Below are positions 52,856 through 64,000 of a DNA stretch of 64,000 bases, piece after piece. Both the position numbers and the translations under genes were made by a program. This DNA comes from Ruditapes philippinarum. Taxonomy: Eukaryota. The notes under the pieces are model-generated. The model was not told the DNA's origin. It did not search any database and was given only the letters and a program-made list of their open reading frames with translations. The DNA lies in contig NW_026856822.1 in assembly GCF_026571515.1 (NCBI RefSeq), forward strand, positions 1-64,000, read 5' to 3'. Position 1 is the stretch's first letter, and each line of letters starts with the position of its first letter.

Positions 52856-55458
52856 TTATTTTTTTATTTTTATATTTTTATTATCTACACATGTCTCACT
52901 TAAGTACGACATTCCATGTCTTCAATGTTCTATGAAAATTTGTGGAGATATATAAGCCCGAACATTCTTGTAAAAAGTTTTAACAATTGGTACTGCATCA
53001 AAGATTTAATTTGAGCGCAAGTTTACTAGCCTATTGGTTTGATTTTGCTGGTGACAATTGCTTTTGCAAGGAAGGGGTACAAAAACAGCATGTCTTCAAC
53101 TAAATCCAAGTATGTTTCATTGCACGTATCTTCGTACTAAAAGTCGTGATTAACAGTAAACACAGCTTATTTTCGTTATTCTATTGCAGATTTTGACATA
53201 ATATATAAAACTGTTTTTGATATTACGAAAATTAATTGTCTCAAAATCAAATTTGAATTGCTTGTCTTCAAAGTCGGTATCATTTACGAGTCTTAATTGC
53301 ACAACAATGTGAATCACACATTGTAACGTATCAATGGTTATTTCAATAGCAATATTAAGTCCACAGTAATATTGTTAACATAAAATATGAAGATTAAGAG
53401 TATCTGTGCAACCATTTTGTTACGGATTTCACGTTAATTTGGATTTTACAAGCGTAATTTTTACAAAATCATTTACGAGGCTCATCAATACCAAGCGTTT
53501 TGCAATATATTTTCAATGATTTCAATGTTATAATACTTCAGATATCTAGAGCGGATATTTGTCTTGCTTATATTCTGTCATTCATGTAAACCATTCACAA
53601 TTTCCCATAAAATTCCCTTGTCAAACAGAAATTTTCAACATTTACGAGCCTATCATTTACGGGACTCACCCTCTTTCACATTCTCTTGTGATTTACTCTG
53701 CTAGATTTGTTGAATTATTTCAACTTGTTAATGGACGTTGGTATTGTTGGAATAGTATTCTTCCACGAAAACAAAGAAGTATCCATGTTTTTTAAACATA
53801 CGCATCTGAAATGTGTTTTTAACTTGCAGTAGCTTCTAAAAATCATAAAACTGATATTGTAATTGGTATTCAGACGTTTTGACTATTATAGAGTTCAATC
53901 ATGGATACTTACTTTCATAAACGAATACATTTAAACTTATACTTCAATCACAAAAATTAAGTAAACATGAAAACAGGCGTGTCCCTTATCTGTCTATCTG
54001 TTTGTGAAGATATAATTGGTTGATATTGGTTGAATGTACGTTTGTCTGATCAAGATTAAATGGTAAAATTAATTTTGGAATATTCATTCGAGTAATAGGA
54101 AACTTTGAGTCCACGCTTATCAATGTTAACGTAATAATATTGAAGTATCTTGTATTAATTGTAAGAAAGTTTTTTGGAGCAGATATGGTGTAGAGAACTA
54201 CCTAGTATTTGTAGTTCTGAAAACTTTATAACATTTTCATAGATGTTTTAGTTAAATGGGATATAACTTTTCATGCATCTTGGTAAAAAATATTTTAGTT
54301 TACCCAGATACTTAATATCTGTTTAAAAAAACATACTGTACATTGTTGGCTGTCACGGGAGTTAGGACCACTGACTTGTCGCTGCCGCGGCAGCGAGTTT
54401 TTGTGGGTGTGATAATCAGTGATGTAAAACTGTCTGTTATAAACCCTGAACTATAAATAGCATGCAGTGTTAACCTGCAGAGAGAATGTTAACAAAAACA
54501 GCTGATTTTACACTAACTCAAAGATTTATTAAAGACATTATCAAGTCATCTTGACCAGATATTATTTTTGTAGTAAGTTGTTTTTTTCTTTTTTTTCACT
54601 GGAATGCTGTATGTGTCCTTCATCAAGTCAGACAATTATATCAACATCCAAATGATGTGCCTTACATGGGGCATTTCTTTTAGGAACAACCTGCTAAAAA
54701 ATGTTCTTGACAGGAATTTAAAGTATTTTTTAAACTGTAATTGTATAAATATTTTATGCATATGCAACATTTAGTTTGATTAACATTTGTGAAATGTAAT
54801 TTTTGACTACAAGATATTCACAACAAAATATAGTGTAAATGAAATATACCTGTAAGTTACTTTTGCTGTTTTCATGAAGTTTAAACCATTCAAATACAAG
54901 TTAAATCAGTACTTTGAAATTTAAAAAAAAATCATAGATTAATGGATCATTGTAAATTTGTTGGATTTGATAAAGCAAGTCAGTAAAAGTTATTGTTTTA
55001 TTCAGCATTCCAAAGTGTCGTCTGCTGAAAATCTCCCTCCCTGAAAAACCTTTAAGTACTTGTTACCTTTATTTATATGTTTGTTTCCCTATCAAGTAAA
55101 AACCGATGCGTATGTAATTGGTAAACATTTGAGACGCTAGACACTTAAATTACCGTATATATTCTAAGAGATTCTGTAGTGTTAAAGGTAATCTTACTGT
55201 CATTTGATCAAGTATTTAATCGGAAATAGTAATTAGCATAGTATTTTTTTCAACATATGCATATTCTTAAAGAAATATATCTATATATTAAGAAGCTTTT
55301 AGCATTATTATCATTGTGACTACATCCGCAATGCAACATATTTAGCTACGCCCCTCAGATGATATAAAATTTTAATAAAACGTGACAGTGGCACGCACAT
55401 CATTTAAAGCTAAGTGACTATAGAATAAAGTGAAACTTTATTATCATTGACTAAAATA

Positions 55459-56037
55459 ATGGCAGGAAATTATGATAAAGGTAAGCATTGTTTTTCAATA
55501 GTAGATTTTTTAATATATATATATATATTTTTTTTTTATGTACAGCTATTTGCTGATATTTGCGTTGATAATATTTAATTCCGATGGCCACATAATTGAT
55601 TTGAATAAATCTACAATACGGATGACTGGAATTCTCAATGATTTATATTCCGGTACATTATACTTCTTGCGTTATATTAAATTGTAAACATGTACCATTT
55701 TCATGAAAAGCATCATGTACTGCTTGTGTTTTCATACTATTTCTTTTTTGTTAAAATGTATTTGTAAGATACAATCAAAATTCTATGATACATTATTTAT
55801 AAAATGGATATCTCGTTTTATTTTCTAGATTTGGATGCGTATGAAGACTTAAAGGATGAGAATGAACGACTACGAGCCGTTCTCTATTGTATAATGTGTA
55901 GGGAAAAACCAAAGAGCAGGGTTTTTATGCAATGTGGGCATCTTCTAATGTGTGAGAACTGTTATTACTGTTGCAAGTACTGTCCTCTGTGTGGTGTTCG
56001 TATTGAAATGACCATCAAAATTCTTCGAGCTGCGTGA
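55459..56037 (+). CDS. RING-only IAP-like protein (C3HC4 RING), 76 aa, copy 2
   Basis: Exons 55459-55480 and 55829-56037. Identical to copy 1 except one R->K change (RERP/REKP) and a TAA->TGA stop. Confidence 0.8.
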
Positions 56038-56817
56038 AATATAACAACTGTATTGCTAAATCAATAAACCAAAAAAATAAAAAATACAGGTATATCGTTT
56101 CTTTAATATATGTTGAAATCTATCGTGAATAATTTTTATATGATAATGGCTACGAAATGAACAAAAATTTAAAAAGACAAATCATTATACATGTATTAGA
56201 TCTGATCTTGCTGATCTTGAAACTGTGATATTTCTTCTGTGATTACATTACATTTCACTTACTGTATTGTTTAATCTTAATTAAAACTTTTTAAAACATT
56301 TCATCTTTGTTTTGCATTGAACATTATCTGTGAATGTTGTTTCATGCTTTTTGTACGATCTGATTAAAGGTCTTAATTAAAAAAAAAAACATTAAAAAAA
56401 AACAACAACAACAACAAAACATCAAAAACAAAAAAAAAAAAAAAAAAAAAAAAAAAACAAAAACCAGAGGTATTGTTACTTGCCGCTGACGTTGCCGTCC
56501 GCGAACTTGTATGTTGATGATAACTTTTTTAAGTTCTTGGTGTATTGTCTTCATACTTGGCCACAACAACCCTTGTGACAAGACATTAAAGAAGACCAGA
56601 CTAACCTTGACCTTCATTCATAAACGACATTGACCTCCAAGGTCATAGTTCTAAAGTTTGCTTGTTATTTGTTATTCTTTAGTTAAAATTTGGACTTGTC
56701 CCAACTAGTGTCAATCGCTTATCCCAAATTTCAAACCGCACAGGGTAACGCCCACCGCTGTGCGTTTCAATGCCCCTATATATTTCATATTGTATCTATG
56801 GTGGCTGATTTGTTCCA

Positions 56818-57270
56818 TTCGTGTTTTCGCCCCGCGACCCCGCCAAGCGAAAAGTCGAGGATTAAGTAGTTAAAATTGCAGAGGCGCGGAGCGAAAACAC
56901 GCTAATAAGCGAGGGCGCGGGGCAAAGTTTACTAAAGAAAACGGCGATTCGCGGAGCGAAAACACGTTAATTAGAGTGTTTTTGCTCCGCGACCCCGCCA
57001 TAATAATCGACTTTTAATTATCAACTTTTCGCTTAGCGGGGTCGCGGCACGAAATCACGCTCATTATCGGGGGCGCGCGGCGAAGTTTCATTTTATTTTT
57101 CGCTAATAAGCATGTTTTCGTACCGCGACCCCGCGTTTTTTTTTTTTGCCTTAAAACTCTCCGCGCCCCCGCGACCGAAATTTAATTTTTATTTATTAAA
57201 CTTCGCCCCGCGCCCTCTTTAATTAGCGAGTTTTCGCCCCGCGCTCCCGCATTTAAATTTCTCGACTTTT
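56818..57270. repeat. GC/CpG-rich foldback repeat (MITE-like), copy 2
   Basis: Paralog of 51827-52290 with a shorter central palindrome. Confidence 0.75.
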
Positions 57271-57588
57271 GGTTTATGACGGAATGCGCCGGGTATGTAT
57301 AGGTAGCATTCTTTGAATTTTGATAACTTGGCCAATTGTGGAAGTATTTTGATTTTATTTCGCAATGACACATATAAAAGGTGTAATGACTTTTCCCTAT
57401 AGCTAGAGGACTCTATTGTATTATAATTGATTGAGGAACAAACTTTGTCTACGATATTTTGGGACAACCCTCGTATTTTATAGTGATCATTCGACCGTGA
57501 CTTATTTATCTCCAAGAGAGAAATCAAAGTGCTGTGCACAGTGCCTGCAGTTGGGACGTACTTGAATTGGTGGGTCCCAAGCTCAAAA

Positions 57589-58765
57589 TTCCCTTATAGT
57601 TAGAGTGGACTCACGCCTGGTAAACGATAGAGCTACCTTTTTCGGAGGTTTACGGTAAATCGCTCTATTTCCATTTCTGAGGTGGTGCATGTCATTAAAA
57701 TTAGTTGTCAACAAAGGTAAAGGGTTGTCATTTTTATATGTATTGAAAACTCTACACTTAATATCGATGTGTGGAGATATGGCCTGTAAATTTGAATAAG
57801 ATTTCCAGACAACGTAAGTTGTTAAAATTATGTTTGAAATGTAGTTGTAGCGACGTTTCGATCTAACTTTTGAGTTTTGTCGTATCTTAAAATACAATAT
57901 CGTATATATTACGTTAAGGATTTTTATGGTCGGTGTCCGAAACATTAGCAAAACTACCTTTATTTTGATATTTACGCTGTAAATGCAGTGGTCTGCATAA
58001 CATTGTATTATGTTTATGTTTTGAAAGTTCTACACAAAAAAGTTAAAATCTTAACATGTTTTTTTTAAAGTTAAGTTCTTAATGTAATGTGGCAAATGTG
58101 ATTACATGTATATGCATAAACTAGAATAAACACAGGTTCAATACTTCATTTATTATTGAACCTACACGAATATAGATGATATGGTATGCTATGACGAAAG
58201 ATATTAATTTGTGTGCTGTAATAATTAATGAAATATACAAAAACAATCAGATGCTTTGTACGTAAGTTAACCAGAGAGCTATCTCCTTGGCGACATGACT
58301 ACCTCCTTCACGACAGAGCTGTCTCCCAGAACAAATATCCTATATTTTCTTTAATTACTAATGTTTTGATATGATTTCAATTTTATTTGATTTCTAGACC
58401 TTATATCTACTTGATAATTTGAATCACTGTTTAGATGAAAATTGGAGGAAAAATAATCTGCTTCACGACGAAACGGTCAATTTCAAAATTCGCTAAATTC
58501 GCTAACTGGGAAACGCCGCTACAACTACATTAATACATTTCAAACATAATTATAACAACTATACGTTTTCTGGAAATCTCATTCAAATCTAAATGTCATA
58601 GCATTCTCCAAAGTTCGATTTTTGGAGTTTTCAAAATATTGTTGACACCTAATTTTAGCGACATGCACTAGCTCGGAAGTAGCGATAGAGCGATTTACCA
58701 TATACCTCCGAAAGAGGTAGCTCTATCGTTTACAAGGCGTGAGTCCACTCTTAATTATAAGGGAA
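57589..58765. mobile_element. Non-autonomous DNA transposon with ~80-bp TIRs
   Basis: TTCCCTTATAGTTAGAGTGGACTCACGCCTGGTAAACGATAGAGCTACC..GGTAAATCGCTCTAT is mirrored at 58684-58765; no recognisable coding capacity inside. Confidence 0.85.
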
Positions 58766-59239
58766 ATGTAATGCTTATAGGTTTTGGGCTTGGGGGTTGC
58801 AGCATAAAAAACAGAGACGCACTCTCTGAAAATATTTATTATCAACCAAAAGTCTGGCTCGCGGCATGAAAGCCTTCAATACGAGTGTGCATGCGGGAAT
58901 AGAATATTTAGGATTGAGGCCCGTACTAGTGGTAAGTACATTCGTGTTAAGAAATGAATGAATGAGTAAATGAATAAAAGGATGAATGGATGAAATATTG
59001 GAAAAGGGACGCAAATACAGGACTTCACAAAATATATATGCAGTAATAAATACAACAGATATGACATGGGCATGTACATAACACAATGTACGGTGTACAA
59101 TACAGACATTGACAAACAACATATAACATTTAAACATCAATATGACCCTACGACATCCTCCGCCTCAAAGGGATTATGTCCCGACATTTTAAACAACCAA
59201 TTCCAAGAAATCTTACAATGTAAATGCTTCAGTTAGATA

Positions 59240-60990
59240 GAATAGAGAAAATAAGAACCCCTAAAGAAAGCCCAAGACGGCAAAATTGAAAATGTTGCAA
59301 GCTCGTTTTGATTGAGCCTATTCATGGACTTTACTGTCAAGTGCAAACAACCGTCCACGCCCCCTAGCACCGGCTTAATCAGAATTCAAAATTTAACATG
59401 AACTATTACAATTTTGAAACATCCGCAGATGTGTTCATATGGTACTTATCATGGAACCTTCAATGTGACACGTAAGTGTCATGCCATGAAAAGCGGCATA
59501 TAGCCCCAAAGTAAAAAAATGCGTGTGCCCTTAACGAGAAAGCAATAGGACAATGGGCGGAACTAAATGAAATGAAATTTTGAAAGGGGATCAGAGGTTA
59601 TGAAAGCTGCATATCACAGATAAGACGTCAAAAGACAAATTTAAAAGGCAGGAAACATATCCTAAGTGTGATTCAACAGTATTTAAGTGAGGAATACTGG
59701 AACCACCAACAATAAAATAGCCGAAATGGAAGAACTAAATTACCACAAGCGCAACAGTAATGTCGTGCTGAAAGATCTTTAAGGATTGGAAATATAACAT
59801 CCCTGATTGAATGTACAGGGCGACTTTCTACAGCCTCCACACGGCACAAACAACGCTGATGTGGCGATAAAATAATAGACACTTACACATAGAGTTCAAA
59901 AGTGTACATACACAATAAGCGTAAAATAAATACCCAATCTTCTGGTAAATCAGCTGTTTCAAAAACTATCAAAATACTTAAATGAACATCTGGCTCTCAT
60001 GTTCATATAGCAAATTATTCTGAGCATATTCATATCTCGTTAGAGTTTTGATCTTATCGAACAAAAAACAATTACAAATATAGTATGTACTCTTAAATTA
60101 CATCATATTAATTCATACATGACACTTAAGTCTCTGAAAAATAATATTATCGTTAACAGCGTAACTTAGGGCCTTAATTTCCGAATAGAGCCTGTATTTT
60201 ACAAAGACGCTCTACGATCTCATATAAAAATTCTTTCTGTATTATATACATATATATGTAAACAACAAATCTTTGCTTAAGTACTCAAGTTTACAAAAGT
60301 ATACAATCTCAGAATCCTGCATCTTCAACTATCATAATCAATCATATGATCAGAGTACCAATAACATTTTACACATAACCATTTTCTCACAACAACCATC
60401 AAAATTATAGCATCTAGGTAAAATATAGAAAACAAGAATCCCTAAAGAAAGCCCAACACGGCATAATTGAAAATGTTGCAGTCTCGGTTTGATTGAGCCT
60501 GTTCATGGACGGTACTGGCAAGTGCAAACCACCGTCCACGCCATTTAATCATGGTAATGGCGAAATTTTGAATTTAGAAACATCGGCAGATGTGTTCGTA
60601 CGGCGGTTACATGTATCACGGAACTTTCAATGTGACACTTCCGTGCCATTCCATGAAAAGCGGCGTACGGTCCGCAAGTAAAAGAATGCGAGTGCCCTAA
60701 ACGAGTAAACAATAGGCGGAACTAAATAAAATGGAATTATGAAAGGGGGTCAGAGGTTATGAAGCCTGCATATCACAGATAAGACGTCAAAAGACAAATT
60801 TAAAAAAACCAGGCAACATATCCTAAGGGTGGTTCAAAATTATTCAAGTAGGAATAATGGAACCACCCAATTATAAATATGCCGGAAAGTGAAAACTATA
60901 AGTACACAAACACAACAATAATGAAGTGCTGGACGATCTTTAAGGATCGGAAATATAACATCTCTGACTGAATGTACGGTCGGACTTTAA
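59240..60990. repeat. Diverged direct repeat (~570 bp, two copies) adjoining a Gypsy remnant
   Basis: AAGAAC/TCCCTAAAGAAAGCCCAA at ~59253 and ~60434, colinear through CTGAT/CTGAATGTAC at ~59802 and ~60965. Confidence 0.8.
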
Positions 60991-61947
60991 GCCCCCGTTT
61001 CTGACCAGAACTCTGTCATTCAGTTCAATTTTGGCATGTCTTACCCTTTGATCATATCGTCGCTTGTGGCGGTAAGTCTGCCGCTTACACTTACGACTAG
61101 CTATTTTATAGACATAGCTCAGGCGTGTTTGCATTCCCATGGCATAGTTGGAATGACTCCGGTATTTTTAAGAATCTTCGGGTTCGATTCCAAGGAAGTC
61201 ATCAATTGTAAAGCGTGGATGTCTACCAAACATTAGAAAGTGAGATGTTTACCCGGCACTTTCATGCCTAGTATGTACTAAAAGCGGTACATGAGCCTTC
61301 CAATTGGACTTCTGAGAATCTTCAAGAGTTCCCACACATATCCAACAGGGTTTGATTAAACCGTTCCGCCATACAGTTACCTTGTGGTGTTATGGGGTGG
61401 TTCTACTCTTCTCTGTTAGCCAACTTACACAGCTCAATATAACAGCGCTTTCAAAATTGCGACTTTGGTCACTGTGTAAGGGGCTCTGAAACCCAAAGTG
61501 ACAGATGAACTGTTTAAAAAGGATTTTAGCTGTAATATAAGCTATTTGATTCCGAGTGGGTATAGCCTGAACATAACGAATGAAATGATCGGTAATGACC
61601 AGTTTATACTCATATCCAACGGAAGGCATTTCAAGAGATAAATAATCCTTACAGACTTATTCTAGAGGAAAAGTCGATTCAACTGAGACAAGGGGTGTTG
61701 CGGTACTGACTGTCGTCTTCTGCCAGATACATCTTTGGCATTCTCGTATGCGTCTATCAACAAAATGATCTAGACCAGACAAATTAAACTGGGATTTTAT
61801 CAAAGAAAGGGTACGGTCTCTACCCAGATGACCAACATCGTCATGTAGCCCTGAACATATAAATTCATGAAAAACACTGGGGGCTACTAATTGAATAACT
61901 GGGTGTCCAGAAACAAAACCATTTTTGTAAAGAATACCTTCTTTCAA
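60985..61947 (-). mobile_element. Gypsy/Ty3 LTR-retrotransposon integrase remnant
   Basis: HHCC zinc finger (HDDVGHLGRDRTLSLI..CQRC), catalytic core (LVITDHF, LHSDQSRNFES, RTTP..), C-terminal KRRYDQRVR..DRVLVRN; several stops and frameshifts. Confidence 0.9.
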
Positions 61948-62072
61948 GAAAAAATTAGGTCACTCGAGTTCACCCATGCAGCGAGAGTGGCGGGAGCGTT
62001 ATTTATTCCAAATGCCATGCGATTGCATTCATAGAGACCGAGGGTCCTACTGTGAATGCAGTCTTGGCTTTG

Positions 62073-63820
62073 TCCGACTCCCAAACACCATGCAGTTTAA
62101 TTGCTGACCTTTATTACAAAAGAAAACTATGTTGTTACAATTTGTCATTCTATGAACTGGGAAATGGTAACGGGACTTGTTATCTTTGGGATGTGACAAA
62201 GTGGAAACGAGGCTCTTGCGAAGTAGGTACTTGTGTGTAATTGTATGTTACTTTTGATGCAAGTAAGACATCTGTTATTGAAGAAGTGACATTATATAGT
62301 GATACATGTGGGGGACAGAATCGCAATCAGTTTGTTGTAAAATATGAAAAACAAGATCAACAAGGAAAGGCGGCGTTCAATGAACGAATATAAGTTGCTT
62401 AGTTCACTGTGTCTAGTATATTCCTCACATCAAGTGTATAAACCACAATTTACTCGAAAGTGGTCATTCAGAAATGGAATGTGATTCCATACATGCATCT
62501 ATCGAGCATGCAAAAGGCCTCACAAAAGTACATGTTCCATCTCAGTGGGAAAAAATTATATCATTAGCACGCCGGAAGCAACCATATATTGTCGTTCTAA
62601 TAAGTTACACTGACATACTAGATTACAAGTTGTACAAAGAACAAAACTGTCGCTCAATGAAAATTGATGTTGATGGAGAATGTGGCTGAATATAAAATGG
62701 ATTCAAGTTCGTAAAGACAAAGAAATGAAAGAATACAAGAAGTACTTTTATGAACTATGGTTTTTGATGTTAGTGAGTTCAAGGAAGTTAGGTTAATGCA
62801 GAAGAAGAGCAGAAGCAAAGAAAAGTCTCTTACGGCTCCACGAAAGGCTTATACAGAGAAACTTTCAATATACTAGTATGCTGCAAAAAAAGCTGATTTG
62901 ATGTCACTTGTTGCCTCTGGGACAATTCCGAAGGAGCACGAATCATATTACGAGTCATTGCATTGCAGCAAATCTATAAAAGGCAAACTGTTAGTGAGAG
63001 TGAAGAAGATGAGTGAACTTCATGGAATAATTAATGACAAACATTTACATTTTGTGACATGAAACAGTAGTCTTTATTTACTTAACTATGATATGGGTCA
63101 TTAACATCCTTAACTGCTGATGTCTGGGGTCTGTTTGACTTGATTTGAATTATATACCAAAGAACATTCAAAATAAATTAAAATTTGTAAACTTAGATTT
63201 TAGTGCCTATTATCCTAACTTTTTAGTTATCAATTTTTTTCTGTAGAATCTAAATATTGAGCAGGTACATATTTCATATTTCTATGAATGAAAAGTGTCA
63301 ATTTTGTGTACGAGTATTATTGTGCATGTGTGTTAATGACATTGCGTAAGGTTCTTCAAAGTAAGGACATAATTAATAAATTTGCAACAGTAACAATTAC
63401 TGCAACATCTAAATTCTTTTCAAAGGAACAAGGCTATAACTGCACTTATAACCTTTTACCACAATTTATCCCGAACTTTTATTGATAAACCTTCAGAAGT
63501 AAAAGGTAGTAAGTGCAGTTATTACCTTTTATCGCTCAAACTTGTTGTTTTGACAGGATCTTAGTACATTTATTAACTTTTATTTCTGTAAAATGATATT
63601 ATTTTGATCTTAGAACTTTAAAGCAAAACATAATAACAGTGTTTTATCAGCACCAAGCAAGGTAAACTAAACAAAATATGATCTAATGTAGTCAAAAATT
63701 ATGGGAGAATCAAAATTGTTATAAAAATATTACGGAAAATAAAGTTGTATTTAAATATATGTTTTTTTGCGTTTTTCTCGAAATCTATAAAATCGCAGTT
63801 ATTACCTTTTACCTTTGAAC
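62073..63820 (+). mobile_element. Sola-type DNA transposase remnant with 3' end
   Basis: YYKRKLCCYNLSFYE, CYLWD..RGSCEVGTC, LYSDTCGGQNRN, ESGHSEMECDSIHASIE, KKADLMSL..IPKEHESYYESL, with stops and frameshifts. GCAGTTATTACCTTTT is repeated at ~63514 and ~63796. The superfamily call is from recalled motifs. Confidence 0.7.
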
Positions 63821-63856
63821 CTTTTTACGACGCGGTCCGTTGCTATGAAAAATTGA

Positions 63857-63885
63857 CCGGAAGTAGTAGTTGTTCGCGCATGCGC
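63857..63885. promoter_or_regulatory. ETS (CCGGAAGT) plus NRF1 (GCGCATGCGC) motif pair
   Basis: Both consensus motifs lie within 30 bp in a CpG-containing patch; function unproven. Confidence 0.35.
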
Positions 63886-64000
63886 AATTTGCGAGGGCAT
63901 AAAGTGCCTTGTCCTACATAGAAATGTAGTAGAAATTCATAGACAATTCCGAGTTAGTTTAAGGTAAAAATAAGAAAATCATATAAAATAGCTTTTAACA

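Noticed and set aside
57219-59140. ORFs of 106-122 aa on the minus strand
   Set aside because: They have no recognisable motifs and lie in or across non-autonomous repeats.

Overview
AT-rich, intron-containing animal genomic DNA. It is most likely from a bivalve mollusc, inferred from the mussel-like PEP mutase and bivalve-type SINE/MITE/Helentron-associated repeats. There are two N gaps (17585-17741, 29450-29754). Most ORFs in the supplied track are spurious, and the real genes had to be assembled exon by exon using GT-AG boundaries and reading phase. (1) A 9-exon TP53I13-like/DUF3105 gene on the minus strand (16267->1229, 248 aa) with a signal peptide and a 20-nt micro-exon. (2) Head-to-head with it, a complete 9-exon phosphoenolpyruvate mutase gene (24097-29868, 338 aa). 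It has a 41-aa N-terminal extension resembling a mitochondrial presequence, and decayed copies of exon 8 in intron 7. (3) A convergent, broken asparagine synthetase copy (41595->39182) with a frameshift, a ~160-codon internal deletion and no 5' exons in view. (4) A tandem duplication carrying two nearly identical 76-aa RING-only, IAP-like genes. Copy 1 has additionally acquired a satellite-filled foldback transposon and a CR1-type LINE with a 2A-like motif. The rest is decayed mobile DNA (Harbinger, Gypsy integrase, Sola-type transposase, LINE ORF1, endonuclease remnant, SINEs, MITEs, HINE-like elements) and tandem repeats. The best candidates for new biology are mitochondrial targeting of the C-P bond-forming enzyme and the BIR-less RING microproteins. 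Family assignments are from recalled motifs; no searches were run.
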